Virus record (IMG/VR): IMGVR_UViG_3300013830_000007 | Location: 1-64,000 of that record | Source of the DNA: a virus | Lineage: Duplodnaviria > Caudoviricetes | DNA length: 64,000 nt | Direction: 5' to 3' (one strand) | In this document: piece after piece, positions 20,734 through 30,178 of the stretch | How the letters are laid out: each line of letters begins with the position of its first letter | How positions within the stretch are numbered: position 1 is the stretch's first letter | Program-made: the position numbers and the translations under genes | The notes under the pieces: generated by a model | Databases searched by the model: none | The model's input: only the letters and a program-made list of their open reading frames with translations | Told to the model about the DNA's origin: nothing

Positions 20734-22119
20734 TTATTTCATTGCTTTAATTGCTACAAGTATAATGTAAACAATGAGAGCTATTTTTAATGCCGATACT
20801 GTAGTCTCACGGGTTGAATATTGAATCTGTTGAATAAGCACATTAACCGTTGCTTTGATATTCAGAATACTTTGATCTGATATTCTTGAAGATGAATACA
20901 CATTCTTAGCTGCTTTAATAACCAAGATAGGTTTATTGGTATCTATTCCGTTTCTGCCGCAATATCTATAAGTCTGACGTACTACATTATCTATGAATAT
21001 ATAAGGGCCTAATAAAAGAATAGTATCATCTTGCTCTTTGGTTTCAGACTTTTTATTTTCTTTGATTTTCTTAGTAGCATATTCAGAAAATCCTATCAGC
21101 ATATTTCTAATTTGCGTATTGTTTACTGCAGTAAATAAGGAAGCAGTTATTCTGATGGCTGCATCATCTAAGAATCTTGATACTGATAGGCAATCTGCAT
21201 ATACTCGTTGAATACAGGTATCCAACTGAGTTTCCTGTTCTACATATCTGGATTCACCTGTTTCATTATCTGTACCTATCGTGCTATAAGAACCAAAAGT
21301 ATCATTAGTCTCCTTAACTCTCATATACTCTTCTACGAAGATATTGATCTGATTTCTGATTCTAGTCTGAAAATCAGTCATAAAGTAAAGTACATCTTTA
21401 TCTTCTACAAAAGTATCAATAGTTTTTCTATGTATAGAGTCAGGAGCAAGCATATCCGCTACTCTTGCTTCCATAACCAACTTCCATGTTCCATATCTCT
21501 TGATATCAAACTTAGCAGTTAACTGTTCAAAAGTGGCCTGCATCGTTGCTTCATTTGGTTTATAAGGAAAACGATGATTAACTAATGAAGTAAAATATTT
21601 ATACTGCAGAATTTTCAATACAAAAGTTTCACCTTTTAATTTAAGATCGTTAGACAATTTAGATACTGCAAAACAGTGTACTACATAAGTACAAAATAAA
21701 TTAAAAGGATCAGATACTACTTTAAAACTCTTATCAATAGTAGGAATGCTATTGATAATCTTTTTCATATCCGAGGTAGTAAATCCCCTGGACATCATAT
21801 CTTTTGCTTCTAACTGAGCTGACTTCTTTAATAACGGAATCAGATTTCTTACCGAAAATCCAAAGACCATATCTCTGGAATTACTTACTATGTTAGAAGC
21901 AAAATCTTTACCATCTACATCAAACAAATCAAAAAAATCATCTTTATTCCTCTCAGTAAACAAGCACTGATATAATCCAAGATAAGGAGAAGCAAATGCA
22001 TTTAAATTAGTACCTGTTGATTCATAAGTCACTACAAATCTATTTAATCTCTGTACCAAATCCGGAGTTATGTCTACATGTACTTTCTCTGTCAATATAT
22101 CTCTTATTTTAGTTGTCAT
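20734..22119 (-). CDS. Virion structural protein (phiKZ gp26-like by synteny)
   Basis: 461-aa gene immediately downstream of the terminase. Confidence 0.5.
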   Translation of the reverse strand: MTTKIRDILTEKVHVDITPDLVQRLNRFVVTYESTGTNLNAFASPYLGLYQCLFTERNKDDFFDLFDVDGKDFASNIVSNSRDMVFGFSVRNLIPLLKKSAQLEAKDMMSRGFTTSDMKKIINSIPTIDKSFKVVSDPFNLFCTYVVHCFAVSKLSNDLKLKGETFVLKILQYKYFTSLVNHRFPYKPNEATMQATFEQLTAKFDIKRYGTWKLVMEARVADMLAPDSIHRKTIDTFVEDKDVLYFMTDFQTRIRNQINIFVEEYMRVKETNDTFGSYSTIGTDNETGESRYVEQETQLDTCIQRVYADCLSVSRFLDDAAIRITASLFTAVNNTQIRNMLIGFSEYATKKIKENKKSETKEQDDTILLLGPYIFIDNVVRQTYRYCGRNGIDTNKPILVIKAAKNVYSSSRISDQSILNIKATVNVLIQQIQYSTRETTVSALKIALIVYIILVAIKAMK

Positions 22120-22129
22120 TTATTTCTCC

Positions 22130-24256
22130 TCACCTCAAAAATCTTCTTGCAAAATTCTTTATAGAAGATTCAGCTGAAATATTACTATTAATTTGATTAT
22201 TTTCATATTTAACCTGAGTCATAGCTAATGGAGCGACTTCAATCACCGAATCATCTACTAATGTGTTAAGATAATTCAATTCTCTTTCATATGCTTGCTT
22301 TAATACGTAAGAAATACTATCATTCATTTTAGATTGAAGTTCAGCTATTCTTCTTCTTATGCTTATCTGATTAGCTCTTTCTTTAGAAGATATATTAGCT
22401 GCGACTGAATCAATAGCATTTAGCACCTGAGAATCAGCTACGCCATACGATCTTAAATTCTTCCCATAGAAGATAAAATAATTAGCTAATAGATGTGAAA
22501 TAACCTGGTCATCGTGCTTGCCGGATTCATGATCGATTCTTCCTGCTCTTAAAGTAAGATTACAATATTCTGATATAAGCGTTCTATCGTATATTCTATC
22601 CGCATTTAACTCCAGCATCTTCATCATAACGTTCTTATACAAAATAGTTCTTGATGAAGCTGTAGTTAAAAATCCAAATACCGCTCTTACTCTGCCTATC
22701 AGATTTTTATAAGAATAAATATCTATACTGGCATATTTAGGATCACCTAAATTTTGAATAACTTCGTTATAAATTCTAAAGAATGGATTGATATTGTTAT
22801 CAGCCAATACTTCAAGCAAATAATCAATGATCACTACACCAGTAGATTTTCTTTCAGGTACTAAAATCAATCCCGGAAATCTGATCATCAGCTTAAAAAT
22901 AAATCTGGCTACTTCCATAGTATTGGATTCGTTACATCTGCAAGTGGCTAAGGTAGCCATATTCGCAAAAGAAGTAAAAGTCATGGTAGTAAAGTCTCTA
23001 CCAATGTTTTCAGACGTATCCAATCCTAATGCTATCGGGCTATTTCTGAATTTTGACGATTTCACTACTTCTTCTTTAACATACCACTTAATCATGAACC
23101 CATCTGAAATATCAGTATACAGAGGTTCTTTCAATGAATTTCTTATCTTTCTTCTCATCTCTTCAGTTAAGATGGCATTATCAGAAGACGATTTCCAGAT
23201 ATTGAGAAGATCACGATCGATATCATCCTGAGACAAATTAGCACGGGCTGCTGCCTGTTGAAGCCACGTATCATCCTTACCTAACTGCTTATATGAAAAT
23301 TCCAAATACAGCATTGGAGAAGCAGATGATGAATTCTTGGCAATAACTTTAAGAAGTTCATCCCGATTCTTAACATCATACATAGCTTCATAGAAAGGAG
23401 CAGCTTTCATAAAGATATCAAGAGCGAATGCACCTTGTCTTATATCCGGATTACCAGCAGTAGTAGTATACACAATAGGAGAAGGCAATCCATGCTTTCT
23501 GGCATTATTGGAAGCAGCAAGCATTGAGTTAACAGCTGTTGGAACAACTATCCAGTTATAATTCATAAATGCAATTTCATCAAAATGAATTACAGCCATC
23601 GTTGCCCCGCGGCCCAGCTTAAAGGCACCATTTTCATCATTGGCTGAAGTGAACGTTTTGTATTCGTTATTTAATCCAGCATAAAACAGTCCTTCCTTTC
23701 TATCCGAATCTGTTGACGATTTAACTATCATCCATTTAGGCAATCCCTCTTTCAGCTCTTTGAGACGAGATACGTTATCTTGTACCAGAGTAGCATCTTT
23801 AGTAAACATTCCTATATCTAAGTTAGTGCCCATGACATACATCATGTAGCACACTACTACTTGAGTACCATAAGTTTTACCTGTCTGACGTGGCATTATC
23901 CAACCCACATCGACATCATTCATGAATGACCAAATGAATGCTAAGTTACCTCTATTGAGCACATATGGAATACCGTGTTCATCACCTGCCACTGGTATTC
24001 TTACTACTTCTCTTACAAAGTACCATATATTTCTTTTACATTCTGTAACTATTCTGGCTTGCTGCTCTAAAGTTAAATCTTCTGAATGTGGGTTTACACC
24101 TTTCAACTTAGGATCTAATAAAGAAAGAAAAAAATAATTATTATGTATTCCCATTCGTTTAAGAACAATAGACATTCGTAGAAACGAAAGATTGGGGGTA
24201 TCGTAATCTATGAGTGCATTGTTCTTAGCAACGTCTTCATCATATAAAATACTCAT
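22130..24256 (-). CDS. Terminase large subunit, phiKZ gp25-like
   Basis: Walker A MPRQTGKT, Walker B IHFDEIAF, RNase H-fold nuclease LGLDTSENIGRD and C-terminal HDDQVI. Confidence 0.9.
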   Translation of the reverse strand: MSILYDEDVAKNNALIDYDTPNLSFLRMSIVLKRMGIHNNYFFLSLLDPKLKGVNPHSEDLTLEQQARIVTECKRNIWYFVREVVRIPVAGDEHGIPYVLNRGNLAFIWSFMNDVDVGWIMPRQTGKTYGTQVVVCYMMYVMGTNLDIGMFTKDATLVQDNVSRLKELKEGLPKWMIVKSSTDSDRKEGLFYAGLNNEYKTFTSANDENGAFKLGRGATMAVIHFDEIAFMNYNWIVVPTAVNSMLAASNNARKHGLPSPIVYTTTAGNPDIRQGAFALDIFMKAAPFYEAMYDVKNRDELLKVIAKNSSSASPMLYLEFSYKQLGKDDTWLQQAAARANLSQDDIDRDLLNIWKSSSDNAILTEEMRRKIRNSLKEPLYTDISDGFMIKWYVKEEVVKSSKFRNSPIALGLDTSENIGRDFTTMTFTSFANMATLATCRCNESNTMEVARFIFKLMIRFPGLILVPERKSTGVVIIDYLLEVLADNNINPFFRIYNEVIQNLGDPKYASIDIYSYKNLIGRVRAVFGFLTTASSRTILYKNVMMKMLELNADRIYDRTLISEYCNLTLRAGRIDHESGKHDDQVISHLLANYFIFYGKNLRSYGVADSQVLNAIDSVAANISSKERANQISIRRRIAELQSKMNDSISYVLKQAYERELNYLNTLVDDSVIEVAPLAMTQVKYENNQINSNISAESSIKNFARRFLR

Positions 24257-24425
24257 GTTACAATCCTTAACCGTCTAAGACTATTCCATGCTTTATATGA
24301 GAAAAACAAAAAAATAAAGCCGCGATTTCTCTGCGGCTTATTCACTAGATTCCAGTGCCTCGGCGTAGCTGTTAGACTACCTTCGGCTTAGACCGGCTGG
24401 TACGGGCGGGTGGCTGCTGAGTGGC

Positions 24426-24560
24426 TTAGTCCTCAGCCTTAGCAGCCTTCTTGGCTGCTTTGGCCTTGGCCTTCGCTGCCTTCCTCGCAGCCTTAGCGAG
24501 GAGCTTGAGCTCCTTGCGGCTGCAGGAAAGCTCAGCGTCCAGATGAAGCTTGCACTTCAT
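24426..24560 (-). CDS. 44-aa Lys/Ala-rich histone-H1-tail-like peptide (below ORF-track size cut-off)
   Basis: Manual translation gives MKCKLHLDAELSCSRKELKLLAKAARKAAKAKAKAAKKAAKAED*. It has an AAGGAGG RBS, AAG/GCT codon bias, its own promoter block and a downstream terminator near 24317-24339. Confidence 0.75.
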   Translation of the reverse strand: MKCKLHLDAELSCSRKELKLLAKAARKAAKAKAKAAKKAAKAED

Positions 24561-24638
24561 GGACTGGCCTCCTTTATTGGACTAGTACCGTTTGTTGAAC
24601 AACAAACAACATACAGCATCAACTAGTATAGCTTTATG

Positions 24639-24677
24639 TCACTATAGTTATATATATTCGAGAATATTTAACCTACA
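24639..24677 (-). promoter_or_regulatory. 39-bp promoter block, copy 1 (identical to 60782-60820)
   Basis: tcactatagttatatatattcgagaatatttaacctaca occurs identically at both sites and contains a TATATATAAC variant of the early motif on the minus strand. Confidence 0.75.
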
Positions 24678-24751
24678 CTGAATTAAAAAAAAGAACAGCA
24701 CCCCACAATCGGAGGTGCTGCCCTTAGTATGCATACTAAGAAATGTTACCG

Positions 24752-26500
24752 TTAAACTTTATTAGCCTCAAGTATTCCGTTATAATCCTTAGCTACCAGG
24801 AATAACGGATTATCAGATTTTGTCTGCGTAATACTCGACATATAAACTGATCCGGTTAAGGCTTTATCTACCAAAGTCGTAAGTAACGTTTGATGTAACG
24901 AATCTGTATTAAGTAAGTTCGAATGATACTTCTCGCTCATCAGGAAAGAGAACTCAGGAATACTGTGAAGCAAGATCTTCTTACGAATCTTGTAGCTAAA
25001 CACTTTCTTAAGTTCTTTATTCACTTGCGCTATCTGTTCAGCAGTTAACGTAGTTCCATAAACGAACCGATATGGTTTACTGTCTACAAAGATTGGCAAT
25101 TCTCTATTGTCCAGCAATAATTTCTTGTCGTCTTCTTCATTAGCATCCAGCGTTCGTTTATTATCCTTAATACCGAAGATCGCCAGCATCGATCCAGCTA
25201 CAGCTGCTTTCAATGCCGCCTTGAACTTAGACACATCTGTATAAACGTCATACCCCTTGTCCGCATGATCAAGATACATCTCAATATCGTTAAACGATGT
25301 TATTTCATCCTCACGACTGATAACTGTCTTCGTTATGAAGTTGGTTACAATCTTCATGATGTTACAAAACATCTCGCAGATCTTAGGCTCAAATATATTC
25401 TGAAACTCCGCACCGCAAGCTTTAATCTCACGCATAACAGTTCTGGCTACTTTAACAAAATCAGATTTGTCCATACCAGCAACAACATCATTCACATGAT
25501 TAAAAGCCTGAGTAAGCGCCTCATTATCACCCTTAACAGTTTCAGCAGTATCTACGGTCGCCAGCACTACTGTCTTCTTGTCTACCTTAATGTTAGCTGC
25601 ATCAAGATTTGCCTTAACTTCAGACACATCTTTGACTACATCCTTCATCTCGGTATCTACTGCAGTGTATCTGTCCAGTTCAGCTCCGCCATCAACAACT
25701 ACCAGCTTCTCAGCCTTAGCCGTCATAAATGTCTTAGGAATGTTCTTCCCAACATACTCCTCAAACTCATAGTCAGGAATTCTTTCAATACGGTACGATA
25801 CATCCGTTACCGTCTGAGTGAATTCGGGCTGAGGTTTGGGTTCAGGCTTAGGCTCAGGTTCGGGTTCAGGAGCTTGCTGCGTTCTCTGCGGACGCCTAAC
25901 CTCCTGAGCATTCTGATAATACTGACGTTCCATATTACGATCAGGTCTGGAAGAATAGTCATCGACTCTCTGACGAGGACGATTTCTATTGTATATGTCA
26001 CCTAAATCTACGCCATCATAAGCATACTGAGATCTAGGACGATTGCACATCCTATTCCCATAACCGCCAAACTGGTTCTGATTGGTATATGGATTCACCG
26101 GCATCTGACTGCCATCAATGTCGTTGAAATTCACGGCGCCATAAGCCGCTGAAATCTCATAACGTCTTCTGTCAACCATGCTCCATAACTCTTCCCGACC
26201 AGCCTGTCGAGCAGACAGATTCTGACAAATCCACTGCCACACAGGACCATTCTGACTCTGAGCGTCTCTGACTAGATCATTACGTAATCTGTTCGCAACG
26301 TTAGAGTTAAACTCGTTCTGCTGCACGCCTACTCTCAGATACCAATCAATGCAGGCAATATAATTGTCAAGATTGGCTCTCAGAATCTGCATCTGCTGAT
26401 TCTGCATCTGCTGCTGTGCATAGGGATTCTGAAATGTCCCTCCTCCATAGCCATTTGCCATAGGCTGGCCATAGCCCATATTGTTTCCTGGAAAATTCAT
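24752..26500 (-). CDS. Hypothetical protein with Q/N/G/Y-rich N-terminus and PE/PK linker
   Basis: 582-aa ORF with an AAGGAG RBS, directly downstream of the RNAP beta-like gene. Confidence 0.7.
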   Translation of the reverse strand: MNFPGNNMGYGQPMANGYGGGTFQNPYAQQQMQNQQMQILRANLDNYIACIDWYLRVGVQQNEFNSNVANRLRNDLVRDAQSQNGPVWQWICQNLSARQAGREELWSMVDRRRYEISAAYGAVNFNDIDGSQMPVNPYTNQNQFGGYGNRMCNRPRSQYAYDGVDLGDIYNRNRPRQRVDDYSSRPDRNMERQYYQNAQEVRRPQRTQQAPEPEPEPKPEPKPQPEFTQTVTDVSYRIERIPDYEFEEYVGKNIPKTFMTAKAEKLVVVDGGAELDRYTAVDTEMKDVVKDVSEVKANLDAANIKVDKKTVVLATVDTAETVKGDNEALTQAFNHVNDVVAGMDKSDFVKVARTVMREIKACGAEFQNIFEPKICEMFCNIMKIVTNFITKTVISREDEITSFNDIEMYLDHADKGYDVYTDVSKFKAALKAAVAGSMLAIFGIKDNKRTLDANEEDDKKLLLDNRELPIFVDSKPYRFVYGTTLTAEQIAQVNKELKKVFSYKIRKKILLHSIPEFSFLMSEKYHSNLLNTDSLHQTLLTTLVDKALTGSVYMSSITQTKSDNPLFLVAKDYNGILEANKV

Positions 26501-26509
26501 AATAACTCC

Positions 26510-28183
26510 TTACTTATAATTGTCTACTGGCTGAATATCCGCATACCACGGCATTCTGCTTTTATCAAAATTACCGTTTTGATCTATCTGTGCATACGGA
26601 TTAATATCGCCAGCAATTCCTGGATTAGATGACGGATAACTCCACATTCCCTCGATCGCAGAAAATGTTGAAGAAAACTTATGTTCAGCGGATTTGATCA
26701 GATTTCCGTTGGACTTCTTTTTACCCTCACCTTTACCACTGCTACCATTTTCCCTTGACTGATCAGGACGTACTTTCTTTACCAGCATACTTAACAAGAT
26801 GTTATCATTGTAAAATGCCGGTTTAGACTTTACGCCTTCAGTCATATGGAAACTATCCATGACAACAGTGGGATTGAGCCGTAACGCTTTCTTTACGGCA
26901 GAACTATCGGACTTTTTCTTACTAACTCTGGTCAATGTGTATACTGCATTGAAGAGCTTTTCAACTGTCCCTGAATAGAGAAGATTGATACCTCCCAATT
27001 TCTTTTCAAACAAATCATTGGCTTTATAACCAGCAAGCCACCCATTAATGTTATAAAACACCAGCACGAACAAATGAAATATGTCCTCAACTGGTACGTG
27101 TAATTCTCTCTCCAACTCAACTTGCGACATTCTATCAAGATACATACGTAACGATTCAAGATGAGATTCCCCATGACTGCCCGCCAGGAGCATTTTCCCG
27201 GGATTAGTGATATCGTAAATAATTGCCCCCAATAGCATCCTATAAGCGGCCTTACTCAACACTGTATTCTTTCCTGTTTTCGTTACTTCTAAACTTTCCG
27301 GATTATTCGGAAAATAAGCGTCTTTCGTGTACGGTTTCCATATATACAGAATCGACGCAACAATGCACTTGACATCGTCGTCTGACATTGCCTCCTTTCG
27401 TACTTTCAGATATATATCATTCTTAATTTCAAAATAAGTAAATTCTTCGCTGGGCATCTCCGGGATGTGGTCCACAAAGCCAAGAATCTTATCTGAAACA
27501 TAAAGCATTTCCATCGCTCCGAGAAATCCATACTCGGCCAGCAAGTATAGAACTATAGTAGTCTTTTCAGATCTGCTACTTTTACTCTGAGAGCGATAAT
27601 GTGCCTGAACAGTTATTATATCTGCATTGGGATACTGATTTCCATCGGTATCCTCAATCGTGTACTTAATATTACGCCAAAACCTAAGAGGAGATTGCAT
27701 AACTTTGATAATTATACCTTTCCTCTCATTGGTTCTTACAATTACGGATTGAACGATCACATTTTCAATCGTATATTCTGTATCGTTAGTGACCAGCACT
27801 TCGTTATGAAGATACGGTATGAAAAGTGGAACGCTAAACTCCTCATTTTCGTGTCTGAAGTAGAATGCGACTAATACGGCTTCAGAGCGCTGCACATTGA
27901 CAGTGTCGCGACTCAGCTGTCCATTGGCCAACAGTTTAACCTGCTCGTCAGGCGACAGCACCCTGCAACCAAGATATTCAACATTCTGAAATGTACCAGA
28001 CAGAACTTTAACAGCCTGCTTATACACGTCATCCATGTAATCGATACCACTAGCTATCTGTTTTCGTCTAAATTCTTTCAACAATTTGTCGTTGAACTTA
28101 GGCAGTTCATCAGATACACTTCCAATTACTTCATCCCACATACGCAAAAATACCTCACCAGAACCAACTAGATATAGTATCAC
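26510..28183 (-). CDS. Non-virion RNA polymerase beta subunit, N-terminal part (phiKZ gp123-like)
   Basis: The C-terminal HKFSSTFSAIEGMWSYPSSNPGIAGDINPYAQID aligns by eye with the beta fork region (H.SH.GR.CP.ETPEG.N.G). The N-terminal VPLFIPYL pattern and size also fit. Confidence 0.7.
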   Translation of the reverse strand: MILYLVGSGEVFLRMWDEVIGSVSDELPKFNDKLLKEFRRKQIASGIDYMDDVYKQAVKVLSGTFQNVEYLGCRVLSPDEQVKLLANGQLSRDTVNVQRSEAVLVAFYFRHENEEFSVPLFIPYLHNEVLVTNDTEYTIENVIVQSVIVRTNERKGIIIKVMQSPLRFWRNIKYTIEDTDGNQYPNADIITVQAHYRSQSKSSRSEKTTIVLYLLAEYGFLGAMEMLYVSDKILGFVDHIPEMPSEEFTYFEIKNDIYLKVRKEAMSDDDVKCIVASILYIWKPYTKDAYFPNNPESLEVTKTGKNTVLSKAAYRMLLGAIIYDITNPGKMLLAGSHGESHLESLRMYLDRMSQVELERELHVPVEDIFHLFVLVFYNINGWLAGYKANDLFEKKLGGINLLYSGTVEKLFNAVYTLTRVSKKKSDSSAVKKALRLNPTVVMDSFHMTEGVKSKPAFYNDNILLSMLVKKVRPDQSRENGSSGKGEGKKKSNGNLIKSAEHKFSSTFSAIEGMWSYPSSNPGIAGDINPYAQIDQNGNFDKSRMPWYADIQPVDNYK

Positions 28184-30077
28184 ATGCGTTACTAATTACA
28201 GATTTGCATCCGCTATAGATTGATGAAACGGTATCACAGACTGTGCGTGCACAGCCAGATACTACATCAGCTGCTTTACTAACGCATGTTTTGACACCAT
28301 CATAAACAGATGTTACCACCTGTTTGCCCTTGTTATAGAGGATCTTTGTGACGGATGCAGCCGTACGTGCTGCACCCGCAACAACTTCCTTTCCTCTGTT
28401 AAACACTTTCTTCACTGCTTTCGTCGCCGCTTTAACTACTTTCTTTCCGCAGGAAATAGCAGTCTTAGCGGCACACTTAGCTCCTTTGCATAACCCAGTT
28501 ACGCCTTTGACAGTAATAGTGATACCTTTCTTTGCGCCAGTCATAAGAGTAGTACCTACTGTCTTAAGAGCTTTACGTGCTTTATGAAGAACGATTGTTA
28601 TACCTTTCGCTACTGTTTTTGCTGTCTTAGTAACCAGTACCGTGACAGGTTTTGCTACGACAGTAGCTGCTGCAGCGGTCGCCAGTACCGCTGCTGCAGG
28701 CGGTGCTGAACAAGCTACACACCCAGCTGTAGCAGTTGCGGCTGCATTGGTTTTAGCAAATGCATATATGCCTGCGCCAATAGCTATCACAGCAGGGATA
28801 ATAACCGCTGCTGCTTTAACAGTATCTGCTACACTTGACTTCTCTGCGGATTCTTTGGACAATCTAGCTATATCAACTTTAGTTCTGGCTACTTCTTCGT
28901 CTGCAGCGGCCTTCGTCTTCTCTACTTCGGCTTTCAACGCCTCGAGATCCTTCGACTGCTTTGCTGCTTCTTCTGACATCCGTGCCAGTTCAACTTTAGA
29001 TTCAGCTATTTCCGAATCGGCTTTAGTCTTTACCTCTGTTGCTCTAAGTTTCATCTCACTCATGTATTCTTCGTGAGTTCTCTTAGTAGCAGTGTTTCGC
29101 CCATTTAACTCGTCTTCAAAATACTTACATTTATTCTGTTCCTGCGTTACTCGTTGAGATAATAACTCATTATTCTCCTTCAATCTCCGATTTTCATGTG
29201 CTATTTCCTCAGTTTCACGTTTAACACGTTCCTTAACTTCAGTTTCCGTAAACTTCTGAGCCTCCAGAAGTTTCTTCTTTTGCAACTTTGCAACTAATGC
29301 ATCTCTATCAATGGAAAAGTACCAGACATTTCCATCTTTATCACTTACTTCAAGATCAGCTAATGTTTTCGCATTTAACTGACTTTCTTTGCCATCTATG
29401 GATGTAACTGTGTAGAGGTTTGTATCTTCCTTAGCATGGGACTCACCTATAGTTGTTCTAAGAACAACACCTTCAGGCTTAGCGACATCATGCGATACAC
29501 CGCACAGAACAACTCCTCCGTTAACAATAGTGTAAATATTTTTAACGGTTTTGTCATATGTGTTGATACTGCAGAGAACTGACGTAATGCCACTTACCAC
29601 TCGCTGGACATTACGTTCCAGGTCATCCTGCAGACTACCACAAGCATATGGATGGGCGTCTCTTAAACTTTGATCATTCCTAAATCCAATAGCTATTCCT
29701 AATTGCGGAATATATACTGGACCTTTTTCCAATTCGGATTGTAATACGGTATACGAAGTCTGCTGACGATTGCTTAAATCATTCATCGGTTTCGTACATC
29801 CGCGAATATTCAAATCAGAAACAGAACGAACAAGTTCGGTTATAGTTACGCCGTATTTCTCCGGTATGCCAGTAAATGTAGTGGATGCGATGTGCTGTAC
29901 GGCGCCGCTTTGTCTCAGGACAAAGACCGATCTGCCACAGTCATTTCTAACCGTCCACTCCCCATATACATCGACATTATCCAGGTCGGCAACAAGTCCG
30001 TAATTTATAGTTCGATTACGGATAATAACATTGTTAGACATAGATAATATTTTTCCTGTATAAGTCACATATAACAA
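28155..30077 (-). CDS. Hypothetical protein: coiled coil, hydrophobic segment and long basic amphipathic C-terminal tail
   Basis: 640 aa. AAVIIPAVIAIGAGIYAFA is followed by roughly 190 aa rich in K/A/V/T/C. TATATTAT lies upstream at 30105-30112. Confidence 0.65.
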   Translation of the reverse strand: MLYVTYTGKILSMSNNVIIRNRTINYGLVADLDNVDVYGEWTVRNDCGRSVFVLRQSGAVQHIASTTFTGIPEKYGVTITELVRSVSDLNIRGCTKPMNDLSNRQQTSYTVLQSELEKGPVYIPQLGIAIGFRNDQSLRDAHPYACGSLQDDLERNVQRVVSGITSVLCSINTYDKTVKNIYTIVNGGVVLCGVSHDVAKPEGVVLRTTIGESHAKEDTNLYTVTSIDGKESQLNAKTLADLEVSDKDGNVWYFSIDRDALVAKLQKKKLLEAQKFTETEVKERVKRETEEIAHENRRLKENNELLSQRVTQEQNKCKYFEDELNGRNTATKRTHEEYMSEMKLRATEVKTKADSEIAESKVELARMSEEAAKQSKDLEALKAEVEKTKAAADEEVARTKVDIARLSKESAEKSSVADTVKAAAVIIPAVIAIGAGIYAFAKTNAAATATAGCVACSAPPAAAVLATAAAATVVAKPVTVLVTKTAKTVAKGITIVLHKARKALKTVGTTLMTGAKKGITITVKGVTGLCKGAKCAAKTAISCGKKVVKAATKAVKKVFNRGKEVVAGAARTAASVTKILYNKGKQVVTSVYDGVKTCVSKAADVVSGCARTVCDTVSSIYSGCKSVISNACDTISSWFW

Positions 30078-30178
30078 GAACTACCGTTAGTTCTTGTCGG
30101 TATAATAATATATATGTAAAATTAATTTGAAAAAATAACCAAGTACTCTACCTTTTATCAAGGTAGAGTACTTAATAA

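Noticed and set aside
24372-24425. Stop-codon read-through extension of the H1-like peptide (ATQQPPARTSRSKPKVV*)
   Set aside because: TAA is rarely read through, there is no recoding signal, and the short open frame is expected by chance in GC-rich sequence.
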